This document shows positions 33,407 through 34,438 of a stretch of 34,438 nt of DNA, piece by piece. The position numbers were made by a program, and so were the translations under genes. Source of the stretch: a virus (Duplodnaviria; Caudoviricetes); the IMG/VR virus record IMGVR_UViG_3300016666_000287, positions 1 to 34,438 of that record; one strand, given 5' to 3'. Each line of letters starts with the position of its first letter. Within the stretch, counting starts at the first letter, position 1. The notes beneath the pieces were generated by a model. The model was not told the origin of the DNA and ran no database searches. It was given only the letters and a program-made list of their open reading frames with translations.

Positions 33407-33726
33407 GCGGTGCGTGAGGTGGTCGCGGAGGGGGTGTCGCTGGAGTGCCCGGTTTCATTGGGCGAAAACTTTGAAAACGTGGGATTCGATGGGTTTTCAA
33501 AAATGCGCATGATCTTATTTGAGCGGAGATTGATGGTGTGCGAAGAGAGGTTGAATTCCCTGCAAGCCAAGCGCGGCAAGGGTTATAGGCGGATTGCAGC
33601 GTTTCACAAGCTGACGCTGAAGAGCTGAGTCAATCGGCCCTGTTTTGGTGTATGAAAAAACTACTGAAAACGGGGGTGGGCAAGGTTTTTTAAGATGATG
33701 GCAAGGTGGGATTTCAGGTTGGTCGC

Positions 33727-34015
33727 GGGGAAAGGGTAATTTGGTAATTTTTTACAGGGAGTGGTCTGCAGCTCTTATGGGGCGGGACTTTGAGCGATTA
33801 CCGGTGACGGTAATTAGGGGTAATTAGAAAGGTAATTTTTTACTAAGTGCCTGATTTGTAAGGGTTTTATTCGGGTTGGTTATTACCATGGTCAAAGGTA
33901 ATAATCTTACTATTCAATTACCCTAAAATTACCCTTGCCAAAGACTTTCAAGCCATTGATTTTAAAGGCTTTCAGGCAGATTAAGAAATTCAATTACCAA
34001 AATTACCTTTTCCCC
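33727..34015. repeat. Iteron-rich symmetric region, putative replication origin
   Basis: Six GGTAAT and six ATTACC copies, ~24-bp imperfect terminal inverted repeats and two IHF-consensus-like sites. Confidence 0.7.
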
Positions 34016-34085
34016 ATGGGTCAACATGAAACGGGGTAGGCATACGGGAGAGGGGGGTGGAACCTGACGCCTGCGTAAAAGCAGT

Positions 34086-34109
34086 AACTGTCACTGAAAC
34101 TGTCACCAG
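34086..34109 (+). promoter_or_regulatory. Tandem integrase arm-type binding sites
   Basis: AACTGTCACTGA followed by AACTGTCACCAG, matching 154-178. Confidence 0.75.
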
Positions 34110-34154
34110 CCGCTATTGGATGTCCGTGGACTGCGCTGGAGGCCTTGAAAACGT

Positions 34155-34228
34155 TGGAGCGGGTGGCGGGAATCGAACCCGCGTGATCAGCTTGGGAAGC
34201 TGGAGTAATACCATTATACGACACCCGC
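34155..34228 (-). tRNA. tRNA-Gly (anticodon CCC), integration target
   Basis: 74 nt GCGGGTG...CAGC-TTCCCAA-GCTG...GGTTCGATTCC...CACCCGC-T-CCA; acceptor stem, T-loop and encoded CCA are all present. Confidence 0.96.
34175..34203. repeat. att core copy inside tRNA-Gly
   Basis: Identical to positions 1-29. Confidence 0.95.
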
Positions 34229-34438
34229 TCAGAGCGGCTGACTTTGTACCAGAAGTCGGCCTTGATGAGAAGTTTTATTCTGAAAATATGCACTTCGCAG
34301 CGTTTTTTCGACCTGTTGTTTGTCTCGCGCGCGCTCACAGGGAGAGTGACTGTGGTTGAAGCTGCGTCGGTTTTAGAAAGTCGAGCAGGGCGTTTTTACT
34401 GATATGGCTGGCGGATTTGTGTTCCATGTCCAGAAAAT

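Larger units (their letters stand above)
1..34203. mobile_element. Complete P2-superfamily (HP1-type tail, phiCTX-type early region) prophage integrated in tRNA-Gly(CCC)
   Basis: Bounded by a 29-bp direct repeat of tRNA sequence. Contains integrase, immunity, replication, head, tail, lysis and baseplate modules with no obvious disrupted essential gene. The att-to-att distance of 34,174 bp is in the usual P2-family size range. Confidence 0.97.

Noticed and set aside
33178-33628. ORFs of 79-133 aa over the cos region
   Set aside because: No RBS or recognisable motifs; they overlap cis-acting repeats and are likely spurious.
33727-34015. CRISPR array or tandem repeat
   Set aside because: Repeats are 6-mers in both orientations with irregular spacing; there are no 28-37-bp repeats with unique spacers and no cas genes.
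34021-34359. ORFs of 100-105 aa spanning the right att
   Set aside because: They overlap the tRNA-Gly gene and arm sites; not credible coding sequences.

Overview
The window is one apparently complete, intact ~34.2-kb temperate myovirus prophage of the P2 superfamily (Peduoviridae-like). The host is probably Pseudomonas (inference from the AmrZ-like gene and the tRNA sequence). It is integrated in a tRNA-Gly(CCC) gene: the intact tRNA is at 34155-34228 (-) and a 29-bp att duplication lies at 1-29 / 34175-34203. Order: att; integrase; GNAT cargo gene; a leftward early operon (Ner/Cro-like, CII/YmfL-like, Toprim primase-helicase, small ORFs, AmrZ-like Arc protein, AlpA-type excisionase); CI repressor; Ogr; portal and terminase; head; HP1-type contractile tail; lysis cassette; baseplate and fibre; then ~2.9 kb of mostly non-coding accessory DNA with a putative cos and an iteron-rich origin. 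The best candidate for an undescribed system is 31550-32030. It holds an unannotated 31-aa amphipathic peptide ORF behind a ~250-nt multi-hairpin leader with an anti-SD/anti-anti-SD switch, overlapped by a predicted ~120-nt antisense sRNA with its own promoter and terminator (type I toxin-antitoxin-like architecture). Other highlights are a 944-aa GH8-like glycanase plus adaptor inserted between baseplate and tail fibre, an AmrZ mimic, a stand-alone GNAT, a DUF2335-type two-gene moron and an orphan LexA box. All family assignments come from motif recognition and synteny by eye; no searches or folding programs were run.
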